DNA of 64,000 nucleotides from Paraspadella gotoi (Eukaryota > Animalia > Chaetognatha): assembly GCA_051294375.1 (NCBI GenBank), contig CM119267.1, positions 10,787,045 to 10,851,044 of the forward strand. The letters run 5' to 3'. The notes under the pieces were generated by a model. It searched no databases, was not told the origin of the DNA, and worked only from the letters and a program-made list of their open reading frames with translations. Both the position numbers and the translations under genes were made by a program. Of this stretch, positions 51,801 to 62,900 are shown piece by piece (positions within the stretch are counted from its first letter, which is position 1; each line of letters begins with the position of its first letter).

Positions 51801-52462
51801 GCAAACGGCGACGAAAGATTCGTAGAGATACAACAACGACGCAGCCACGATAACGTGACAATTTACCAAGTCGGACAAAAATCTATCGAAAACCGCACGA
51901 AAATTATTAAATCACAGAAAATGATTTGAGAAAATAAAACTTAACAAATTCTACCTGCATATATTCCAACTATCCCTGAAGTTGCCCCGTTTCAAGGCGT
52001 CCTTCAGATGTCGACACAAAAGGTCAACGAAATCTCCGCCGAAGTTATAATTCTTAGCGTTGAGAAGCCCGACGAGCGTGGAATAAACGGTCAGTTTTTC
52101 TGGCAGTTTAATCGCGCAAGTAACGAGGATCTTAAGGATGTTTGTTTTGTAGTTTGGGAGATCCGCCTCGAGGACCGCGGCGAGACCTTCCAGGTTGGTC
52201 TCTAGGCTAGATGTGCTCTTTTCTCCAACCCGGCAAATCAACGACTCCAATCTGGATTGAAAAAAAAAAAAAAGTACATGAAGAATTGAAGTACGAACGA
52301 CATGAAAAAATAAATTTAATCAGGTTAAATTCACGTTGGATAACTTAATTACCTGTCCTCGATTTCCAATGAATCCGAAACGGTTCTTTTGCGCTTTTTT
52401 CCCGAACGTTCGTCCTCCTCGTCGCTGGCATAAGTAGTACGTTTCCGCGCCCGGGAAGCCAT
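48801..52462 (-). CDS. NCBP1: Nuclear cap-binding protein subunit 1 (CBP80), about 15 exons
   Basis: [101 protein letters not shown]. All 14 introns read as GT-AG and keep frame. Confidence 0.97.
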
Positions 52463-52742
52463 GACTTCAATTTCAAAATACCAACTATATATATCTAAAA
52501 ATAATATAATTACTTTTCGCTATTTAACAATTCAATACAAACGACAATGCTAGACTAAACGTTTCACAGTTAAGGACGAGCGACTACATAAAACTAATCA
52601 ACTCTAGTGACATTGGATTGGAAAGTATAAATCATCACATTTTTCAATTAATGATAATGTCAATCAAGACATTAAATTTAATAAATTGATCACGTTGGAC
52701 AAATGCTAGGCTATTGACTTAGGCGTTGTAAGCAAAGCTAAA

Positions 52743-53704
52743 TCACTGCCACTTCGATTTATTTTTAGAATTGGCAATTATGTCTAGCTTTTTGATTTCT
52801 CGAATTCTTTCTCTCGCCGTGATAGGAAGCGAACCTTTCGGACCACGCTTTTTGTTGTCAACAAACTGAATCTGATTCCAGGGGATCCCGGATTCCTTGG
52901 ACACCCTCTGTAGACCCTTGAGAAAATAGCAGACCGTCGGAACGGAAACAGGCTTTCCAAGAACGATAGAGTAATGCTGCGAGGCCACTTTGGGCGAGTG
53001 GGAGGCTGCGAACTTTGCAATGGAAGCGCGAAGCTCGGGCGTGTATTTGTTGTGAACACGATGGACAACCGGCTTTCCGACCTTGGAATTCTCTTTAGAC
53101 ATAGCCTGCTCGTGAAAAATTCTTCGTGCTTTCACAATAATTTAGTACGATTAATAATAAAACAAGGCGACATCGTTCATCCCACCTTTGAGGATTTGGA
53201 ACCATGATCCTGCGACTTATGGCCCTTGTTACCCTTCAAACTCGGAGCACCAGGATGATTTCGACCGGGGGGAAAGAAATCTTCGTCCTCGTCCTCTGAC
53301 ACACTCTCACGGTTGTCTTTCGCGGCGTTGGAGGAATTTGAATCGTTGTTGGAACTCGTAGAAGAGGAATCGCCATCTTCGTTTGACGAATCCGGGGGAT
53401 CGAGGTTGTCATCGTTGCCAGCGACGGTCAAGCCGGTCGCTGGATGGTTACTTGGAATAGCGACTGATCCGGAAATGCTTTTGACTGGAGTAGATTTTCT
53501 CGATTCGGTTTCGCTAACGACATCTTTGGCTGTGGAAACGGCGCTGCCACCGCCGGTGTTACTTGGGGCGCCGTCGCCGCCACCGTTGTGGTCGCCGCCC
53601 CCGTGGTGACCACCGGGAAGCAATCCATCAGAGATGAAGGATTCACGCAGCGAGGCATCGGCGCCATCCCAGACTCTCCGCACGTGTCCGGCGAGTTTGA
53701 CCAT
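52743..53704 (-). CDS. Uncharacterised 293-aa protein with C-terminal transposase-like helix-turn-helix; 2 exons (53704-53186, 53105-52743)
   Basis: Two ORFs join in frame across an 80-nt GT-AG intron. C-terminal HNKYTPELRASIAKFAASHSPKVASQHYSIVLGKPVSVPTVCYFLK...KKRGPK resembles pogo/Brinker-type DNA-binding domains. Confidence 0.65.
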
Positions 53705-53842
53705 GACGGAGTCGCACCGCGCACTATAACTAGAACTGTGGCTGTTATGAAAATTTTGCGTTACAAAAGACAAGAGCAGCACCCAGCAAATGCGTTTTTA
53801 AAAATATAAATAAAATATCAATCGAAAAAAAAAAATACATAG

Positions 53843-55279
53843 TCACAACCAGGAGTTTGGATTTTTTCTGCCGCCTGAATAAAACCTTGAACTTGAAGGC
53901 GGCATGGGAGGTCGGTTGTGCGGCACCTGGCGCCTCGAGAATTGACGACTGTTTAAAGAGAAGCGAAATGGGTCCTCGTCTCCCCCAAAGAATCCAGGAG
54001 GACTGAAGGGCGGAGGCGCAAAGGGATCGCGGAAAGGATCGGGAAGGGGATAAAACGGCCGCGATGGCAGAGGAAAGGGCTGCGGCATCCTCTCAAAGCG
54101 TCGTCTCTCTGCGGCTCTTTTTAAGATATAAGCGTTTCGATACTCCTCCTTCCAATCCTCGACGTCACGGACGGGCAGGGCTGAAAAGTCTCTGACAAAT
54201 AAGTTCTTCCATAGATGCGGAGTCAAGCTGAGCTCTCGATAGAATTTTGACACGATTGACATCCTGGATAGAGAGCGAAAATCGAGCATCTCAAAGATTT
54301 TTACGACGGCGTCGTAAGGCAAAGAGTGGATTGAGGCGACGGCGTCACCGCCGACCAAATCAACGCCGTCGGAAAGTAGTTGAACTACGACTTCTCTGGT
54401 GAAATCTTGGGAGAGCCGGCAGAGATTTTGATAGATCTCCGGAACTTTCCCCGCCAAGGCTTCTGGAGTAAGGAAATCTTGAGTTCGAAACTTGGAGACA
54501 TAACCGCTATCGCTCGTTGCCTCGTCCTGAACCTCTTCGGCGCCGGATGTTGGAAGAGTGGCTTTAGTTTGGACGAGCACGATCGATTCGAACATGTTGA
54601 CGAAAACGACGGAGAAGGAGACGCCTTCACACTTAGAATGGACATAGGTTAACCCGACTTTGCTCGCCGACTGTTTTTTCCAGCTTGGTAAGATGTGCAC
54701 GGAAGACTCATGGTCGCTAGTATTGAGTAGAAAACCCTTTTCTAAAAGAAGACTGTGAAGAACGACCACCATGAATTGAAATTTGGTTTCAGGAGCGGAG
54801 GTTGCAAAAACGGTTGACAGCAACGGGGGTAACTGGTTACCCTCGATGTAGTCGGCGCAAAGGATTAAACGAGGTTGCGACAAGATTCTGGTAACTTCCT
54901 CGGCGCTAACGCTTGAATACCCGTCTCCCAGAGTGAATTCCGTATTTTCGTCGTCAACGTCCATTGACGAAGAATCCGCCGTCGCTTGTTCGATCGAATT
55001 TTCATCGAGAGGTTTAATTTCTAAGTGATTGAGAACGTGCACCAAGTCGCCGGCGACGAGACCGACTTCCTCGATCGAATCAGAGTCATCATTCGCGATG
55101 GCGTTTTTACCGTCCAGCGATAAGACGAGAGATGTCGGATTGCCGACGCTGGCGACGGGTGGCAATTGCTCGAACAGGCCAACTTTGACATCCTGCAGTT
55201 TGAGTTGACGATCGGTTGGGGCTTCGACAGAGATCGAATGTCGCGAGGCCGACGATTGCAACTTAACTCGAAGTTTCAT
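53843..55279 (-). CDS. FBXO7: F-box only protein 7 (UBL - FP/PI31 - F-box - proline-rich), intronless, 478 aa
   Basis: MKLRVK..LSLDGK..VGLVAGDLVHV UBL; VVLHSLLLEKGF FP domain; LPYDAVVKIFEMLDFRSLSRMSIVSK..LWKNLFVRDF F-box; PPGFFGGDED proline-rich tail. Confidence 0.92.
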   Translation of the reverse strand: MKLRVKLQSSASRHSISVEAPTDRQLKLQDVKVGLFEQLPPVASVGNPTSLVLSLDGKNAIANDDSDSIEEVGLVAGDLVHVLNHLEIKPLDENSIEQATADSSSMDVDDENTEFTLGDGYSSVSAEEVTRILSQPRLILCADYIEGNQLPPLLSTVFATSAPETKFQFMVVVLHSLLLEKGFLLNTSDHESSVHILPSWKKQSASKVGLTYVHSKCEGVSFSVVFVNMFESIVLVQTKATLPTSGAEEVQDEATSDSGYVSKFRTQDFLTPEALAGKVPEIYQNLCRLSQDFTREVVVQLLSDGVDLVGGDAVASIHSLPYDAVVKIFEMLDFRSLSRMSIVSKFYRELSLTPHLWKNLFVRDFSALPVRDVEDWKEEYRNAYILKRAAERRRFERMPQPFPLPSRPFYPLPDPFRDPFAPPPFSPPGFFGGDEDPFRFSLNSRQFSRRQVPHNRPPMPPSSSRFYSGGRKNPNSWL

Positions 55280-55511
55280 TCTCTTTCAAAGATGAAAGTT
55301 ATACAACACTCATTGCAATAATAAAATAATACAAGCAACTGAAATATAAAACGAATTTTTTAATTAAAAAAGAATCAACTTCGGATGTATAAAATAAAGC
55401 GTTATTTCCTGATTTTAATTTGAAGTAAAGTATTAGAACAAGATTTGAAATGTCAACGAACGTAAAATTACAAAGTATGTATGATAAAAAGCCAAATAGC
55501 CTGTCGCCGAT

Positions 55512-58500
55512 CTATTCAAACATCTGTTCTTCGATGGGTTTTTTGAGCCACTGTCCGTAGCCACCGGCCAGAAAGGCCTTTTCCGCGACCTGTTTGGCGA
55601 CCTGATATTCCGTCGCAGCCAGTTTAGCCGCCAAGTAATTCTTGAAATTAAATTGTCGATCAAGTTTCATGCCGACCTGAAAACGATATATACAAACTCA
55701 AACTCTATTATACTAAACTGCGTCACTAAGATGCAGTGAGAACGAAATTGAAACGTCAATATGCTGTGACAAGAAATGACCTGATGGAAAAGCTTGTAGA
55801 GATTTCTCTTGCAGAGCTGCGACGACTGAGGGCCGAGCGACTCGGAGAACCTTTCAACACAGAGTCCTTGGCTGCCGTCGCAAACCTCCGGCTTATCATC
55901 GGCGAACGTCCAATTTATAGAGATTGACTTGGTTTTATCAGTTTCACGTGGAGGATCGTAAATGGTGACACGCCCTGTGCGGCAAAAATAAAAACGATTT
56001 CGTAAAACCTATTTTTTTACAACGAAAAGTATAACCTAATTACCTAATTCCGGATGGTTCAGTTTGAACCCTTTGGGTAATTCGTCATCGGAAAAGAGAG
56101 GAGTGCTTCCATTGCCCTTCAGTCTGCAACATAAGGCTCGTGACAGGTGACCGTCATCAAACAAATACCCCAAAGTCACACTGCTTAAATAGATCGGCTC
56201 CATAAAATGCGATAGCAGAGCGCCCTGAACACCTGGAGGGAACAAAATGCTCATTCAACACTATTCGCCTATAAAATAATGAAAATATCTGGCAAAGAAC
56301 CTGTAACATTCCATTTGGCAATTTTGTCGCTGCAGGACATCGTCCTGAGCCTTTCACCACGCATAATGCCGTCCTGAACGAAAAAGTTTTTCATGATAGA
56401 TTATTCACAATAATAACACCACCGACCTTCCTTATTATCCCTATCCTACCCAAGTTTGCGGCTCGGTGTCTGCTTCAATGGGAATCGTACCCTCCCCGCC
56501 CTCCATTTTAGTCCTCAATAACCCCTGCGCCCCAGTGGTGAAAGAAGGCCGATGCTCCTTCACGACATCGCTATCGCTTGCGTCGTATATCTCATTGTCC
56601 CGCGGGGAGAAAAGCGCGCCATCACCGCACGGCGCCGTCGATATGTACATATGGAAGGTTACGCCAGGCTTTAATTCCAACTTTTCCGGATTCACAGTCG
56701 ACGGTCGAAAAATAGATTCGTCGTTTTCGCAGCAAGCCCCGTGCAACAAAAGGCGATAATACAGAAAACGGAGGAGGCCCCTTCGCGCCACCACCTCGGC
56801 GTGACAATCGTTGACCGTCAGACCCTCGAGGGACATTCGCGTTCCATTGATGCAGCGATTTCCCGTACCCAGCGCCACTACGTCGTTATGAGTAGTTTCT
56901 CCGAAAGACGCCGAAACTCCGACAGGCACTAAGGTTCGTCTCATGACGATGGCCGCTAAGACTTTTCGACCGGCGATGAACTCGGTAACTTGTAGGGCCA
57001 GGGAATTGAAGGTCTTGTGGGAGAGAGCGGCGATCTCGTCGAAACGAGTCATTACGAAAGACGTCGGGTTGTTGTTACCGCCGCTGCTTTTCGCAGAAGC
57101 GTTAGAAACCGGTGGCGCATTGGATACAATCGCGCCGCAGTACTCTCCCTCGGCGAGGAGAATGCGCAGCGCCGCATCGGCTGCTTCACGTTTACCTTCC
57201 TTCTTGCTTTTACATACAACGGCAGGAAATTGGCGTTTGCCCATGAAAACCGCGATAGTGAACCTAAAAATGATACAAATTAAAAATCAAAATAAATTGA
57301 AAAGCGAGTATAAATTTTTCGAACTTGCCTGGGGTCGTGCGGCGGTCCAGACTGGTTGAGTACCTCAATTCTCAGCCCTAATCGTCGCGCCTGCGAAAAT
57401 TCAGTGAGAGCGGAAACGGGGTTTTTGTTCAATAGTGCGAAGGAATCGCCGCCTATGGATGGAGTCGCCCCGGTGACGACGGGAGATCCTTTGGAGGCAG
57501 GAGTCGCTTTCGCTCGAGCTTCCAAAATAGGTGACATTCTGTCGGGTAGATTCAAAAGAGATTCTGTAGGTGTAACTTCGTCCTGAGAGACGACGTTCGT
57601 TGGTCCTTTGACCCCCGAGGAATCCGACGGCGGCGTCGAAACGCCGGAAGGAGGCGTGGAGGTGAACGGGAAGTTCGTTGTTGAGGCAAGGCCTCCGACG
57701 AATCCTTGATGAACAAAAGTAGGATGAGCGTTGATGAGTCGCGCCTTGGAGAGGCCGGAGGGTGTCAGCGTCCATATGGGTGGACAATCAGAAATTTTTG
57801 ACGCAAATCCTTTGGTCTGAATCGTAAATATTTAAAAACTGGTTTAAATATTATGAAAAATTTAGGCTAATTTATATCCTTACAGCACTAACTTACCTGA
57901 AGCTTGAACAAGCAAGGGTTAACGCTTCTTTTGCTGGGGAAGCCCAGAGTTTTGGCCAAGGATATAGCAGTACTGAAAAAGTTCAACCATAATTATTGTT
58001 TTGTATAAAAGAGAGGGAGGATCTATATCTTTTAAAAATCAACCTAGCATTTATTCACATAATATCGTTGAAATTTCCCAAAACCTTGTTATCGCGTTAG
58101 CGCCGCTTTGCCAATCTACCTTACAACAGAAAATCAGTTTTAGACTAATATATAGGATTATATATACGTAAAATCTGTTCGAGCCCGAGTGCTATCTCTG
58201 CTTCGATGTATGTAGAGTTGGAGGCGCGAGAGATGGGAATTGTTAAGGAAGACAGAAAAAAGAGGAGGAATAGAGAATAGAGAGAATAGAGAATAGAGAG
58301 CGATTCAAAAGAATACTATAAATAAATAATTCCTGATTGGTTGTACCGCAAAATGTGCATGCAATAGATGCAATTAGTGATAGACGGCATAGTTTTATCC
58401 ACGAGATCCCGAGCATTTTCAAAGAAAAAGGTTTTAACCTTCTCGTGCTAATTGGAACATCTAGTAGTATGATACCAAATAATTTCATTCTCAAATAGTA

Positions 58501-59572
58501 AAACTAAACTGAGCCAAAGTCAATCGAGTAAAAAAAAATCATACCTAAAACCCGCTATTGATATTTTACGTGGTTCTATCGTACCGAGGTGAAAAAAATC
58601 AATAAACATGATTTAACTTATATCATAATACTGACATACTTGGTGAAATTTTCTGATTGTAGCAAAGCGAACAAAATTCGTTCGGCTTGTTCCTCCGCGC
58701 TGATTATTTTTGATTCCACTTCTTCGACAACCTGGTCGATTGAGGACGAATCCAACCCTTCCCCGTTGTCCTGGGCGAAGTCCGAATCGCCATCTTTCAG
58801 TCGGGCGTTCACGACGTCGATGCCGCTGGACGTCAGCACCCAGAGAGGCGGGCTGTCCTGAATTTTACGTAGCAAGCCCTTGCGCTGCATGTCGAACAAA
58901 GTCGGGTTGATCTCTTTCTTGCTACGGCACCCAACGGCCTTGGCCACGGCGTTGCTATGCGCGGGCTCGGGTCCAAACTTGCTCATGACGGAAAGGATTC
59001 GAACGGTCAGAGAAACGGGCCGGGCGCTAGGAGAGTCGGACGTTGACTCGACGGTTGCGGAATCCGGGACAGCGGGAGAGACGGGGACGACTTCGGAAGG
59101 AAGCAATGAAGAAGAGTCGACGGCCGTGAATTGCTGAACTACGGGGTCAGCTCTGTTTAGCTGCCAAGTAGGAGGAGTCTCTTGAACCTGAAATATATTG
59201 AGATCAAGATTTTTGCTTGTTCGTTAACGGTTATCTAAATCCAAAAATATTGTTCATGTATTTAATAGCTTGTGTTTAACTTTCAAATGTAATGAAGTTA
59301 GCCAAAATCATGATTAACATCAGATTGGAAATACAGGATTTAAAACTTACACGACGGATGAGTCTTTGCTTCTGCATGTAATATAAGGTTGGGTTGACCT
59401 CTTGCTTGGTTCGAAAACCGCAAGCTTTCGATATTTCTAAAGTTTTGTGTTCCTTTCCGTCTTTCAAAAATTCCATAACAGAGTCAATCATCGGCTGTTC
59501 GATTACTTTTTTTTCTTTTTTTTTAAAGCCGCCGTCATTGGCGTTGTTACTGATGAAGCTATTATTTTCCAT
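55512..59572 (-). CDS. ADAR: Double-stranded RNA adenosine deaminase ADAR1-type: three Z-alpha-like domains, one recognisable dsRBD, deaminase domain
   Basis: Z domains [28 protein letters not shown] and [14 protein letters not shown]. ds[31 protein letters not shown]. Catalytic [20 protein letters not shown]-terminus [12 protein letters not shown]. Confidence 0.95.
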
Positions 59573-59951
59573 TTTTAACAATCAAAAAATTTAACCTATA
59601 AAAAAAGAAAAACTTAAACTAATTGGCAACAATTGAACGAAAAAAAATTTTAGGCTTCCCTAACACAGTCAAAACCATACTGTAGCATAGGCATAAATAA
59701 CCGTTCATTTCGTGTTGCTATCGTCCTCATAAAATAAAGCAACCAATACAAAATTACAAAAGGTTCATATCATTAGCAGTATTTTAGTACCAAATAATAT
59801 TCTTTTTTAAAAATTTTATTGATAAAAAATTTTTCATGGAAAGCGCCAAAAACTTTTAGTAATATATCAATCAGTAATTGCAAGCGAGTTAAACAATCAC
59901 ATGGTAAGTAGGTATGGTGGCTAAAGGCAAAAAATATCACAAAGATACTTT

Positions 59952-62900
59952 TCACAAGTGCTTGGATTTCATTGGCGAAGTAACAAGATGAAGAATGGAG
60001 GCGATAGAAGGCGATTTGGTCGGAGTCTTGATGGGTGAGAACATAACCGGCGACATTGTCCCGACGACGCGCTTAGCTGGAGATAAAAAGTCGCCGCCGA
60101 CTGGCGGCGACTTAAGCGGAGCATTGACGGACGGTTTGGGCGAAAAAGTTGAGGGCGATCGGTCCGTGCCCCAGAGATTATTCAAACGCAGAGCTTTCGA
60201 AGGAGGGGATGCCAAATTGGAGCGAGACTCGACTTTTGCTCGTTTCGTTGGCGTCATGAACAAATCCGGTGACCCCGGGGGACTGAGCTCTCGCTTTCTC
60301 GAGGCCTTAACTGGTGAAGAGTCGTCGAAAAGAGAGTTGACCACCGAGTTTGTCTTCGAGGGATGAAGCCCGAATCGAGGCTTTATGCGTCGCCATTTGT
60401 CGAATCCTGCGTCGGTATTGTCCGCCGTCTTCTCCGTCGATCTCGTTCGGAAACCGTTTTCGTCAGTGAAAGAAGAAATTTCTTTCACGCCGAGCAATTT
60501 TTCCAGCGATTTCGAGGAAATGTTTTTCAATTCCTTGCTGCTTTCAAAGACGTCATCTTCCAGAGATGTGGTGGCGTTCGATGTGCCCAGAGAGAGGGTC
60601 GTAGAATCAGCGAACAACCTTCGCGAGCTGGATACCGGAGATTCTGAATCAAACAGGGATCGAGATAGAGATCGATCGGAGTCATCCCCGTTCCCTGCGC
60701 CGCGGGATGAGGTTGCCAACGGGCCTTCGAAAAGTCTGCGTTTCCGACCGCCGATTCGGTCTGCCAAATCGCGCGATTGGAGGTATTTGTCGAAATTACG
60801 AGAATTCTTGTCGGAATCGTGCGTGTAGAACGATCGCCGTCGGACCAGCGAAGACGCTCGAGTGGCTGGACTATCTTTCTCCACTTTGTCTACTTGGTCA
60901 CCGGGTACGGTGGTCTTCAATTTCAGACGGCATACACTGTCGTTTGGGGGCGTATCTGCCGTTGATCTGCTCTTAATAGGGGATTCGACAATGACCATCT
61001 CGGCGAGAAAATTCTGCGCCTCCTCCTGAGTGGCGCCGTCTCTTTCAATCATGCGACGCCGGAGGATGGTCAATCTCTCGTTCATCGGCATCTGCTTGTG
61101 ATTTGGGGTCTCGGTGACTGTTCTGTCCTTCAACACTCTCTGATTAGCTTTGGGAGGTGTTTGAGGTATGGTTTGACCCTCGGTGAATGTACGGTTCAGT
61201 CGCTTTCCCTTACGACCAGAACCGTGAGTTCCAGGAGAAGGAAGTATCCTCTTTGAAGAAGAAACGACGGCGTTTTGATCCTCAAATAAATTACGACGCA
61301 CTTTTTTTGTGGCCGAGTCGGGACAAAGAGCGGAAGCTGTTCTCTCGATGATGCAAGATTGTGACAAAGACTTAGAAGGCGTTCTTTTCTCCACCCGCGA
61401 AGGCTTTCGCTTTTTATCCCCTTTCTTCTGTGCTGGAACGACGATCTGTCGCTGACTCGACTGCTGCATCGAACTATGTCGAGTAAAAGTCGTCTTGGAG
61501 GACCCCTGAGACAAGTTACTAGCGTTTGAGACGTAGCTGCCGGCGACGCTTCCTTGGAGCGAAAGAAGCGCAGAGATGGAAGGGTTGGAATCATAGGCAA
61601 GCAGGTCATTGTCTTGCCACTGCTTAAGACGAGAGCTCAACTCGTCGTCAGAATCGGAATCGGCGGGAGCCTTAGGTTCGTCCTCTTCCTCGGTCAAAAC
61701 TACAAGTATATCAGGCAGTGGCTGGAATAAAAGTTCGTGTACGGCGATCAGCAGTCGGGGCGACAAATGTAAGAAGTTAGTTAGCAGAAACTCATTGAGT
61801 AAATGCTTGAGGTAGTTGGGGTCCCTGTTGCGAAGAAAATCAACAATTTCCTCGGCGAGATCTATTCTATTTTTAGTCGAAGGATAAAGCGATTCAGATT
61901 CGAGACGCAGCACAACCTGAGCCTCGAACTCTCGGGATTTCTTTGCGAGATTTACGTCGTCGAATTTTCCTGCGTACTTTGTACGCAAATCTGTTTTGGA
62001 CTTGATAAAGTTTCTTTCAACGAAACCCAACGTCGCTGTATCCGAAGACGCTGACCCAGAAAGAAATTTAAAAAAACGCGAACTGCCGTTGAACAAGGCT
62101 TGTATGGTGCACAACATCTTGTTGCAGGCATCAACGTCAAAGGTTTGCCATGTCTCGGGTGAAGCTTCTTCCAAGAACACGTCATATGTCGAGCGCATAA
62201 CGATCAACAAGCTTTCCTCGTCATTAATGCCAATCGTCTCGATGGTTTCGGTTTCCGAACAATTGTAGAGTCGCATTCTGCGCAATCTCAACGCTTCCCG
62301 CTTTTGCTTCGCTTCCTTCGCCGGGGATAGCGCTTGAGAAGAGCTGGGCGAACCAGCGCCAGCAGTGAACGAATTATTTCTCGCCTTCGCAAACTCGTCT
62401 CCTTCCTTGCTCTTCCTTCTGCCTTCTTCCAATAACAAAAGGCTCCGGTCGATGCCCGACGAAGCTCGACGATGCATCGATCTATTCAGCGATCGACGAC
62501 TTTCGTCGATGCCCTTAAACATACGTTTCTTGGCCGCCAGTTGGGCCGGAGTTAGGGGAAGGAACGTACGCGGTTTGGAGACATCGTTCAGACGTTCGCG
62601 AAGGCGAGAGAGCGTCGAGGGAAGATTTATTGCGGAGGATTCGAAGGCGACAGAGCGGGACAGGTCGTCTTGGAGAGTTGGTCGTTTTCGTGTAGGAAAG
62701 ATGAGCGCCGATGACTTGACAGGACAAAGAAGGCCCAGATAGTCGTCATATTCGAGCAGAAGGGCGGCCCCCTTTTCCTTCAAAGTAGCTATCAGAGAAA
62801 GAAAATCGTCGCTATTCGACACGCATAGTAGCGAGCGCGAACAGTCCAAAGCGCTCAAGTCAAACGCTGATCCGGTAAGCAATCCTTTGGACACGAACTT

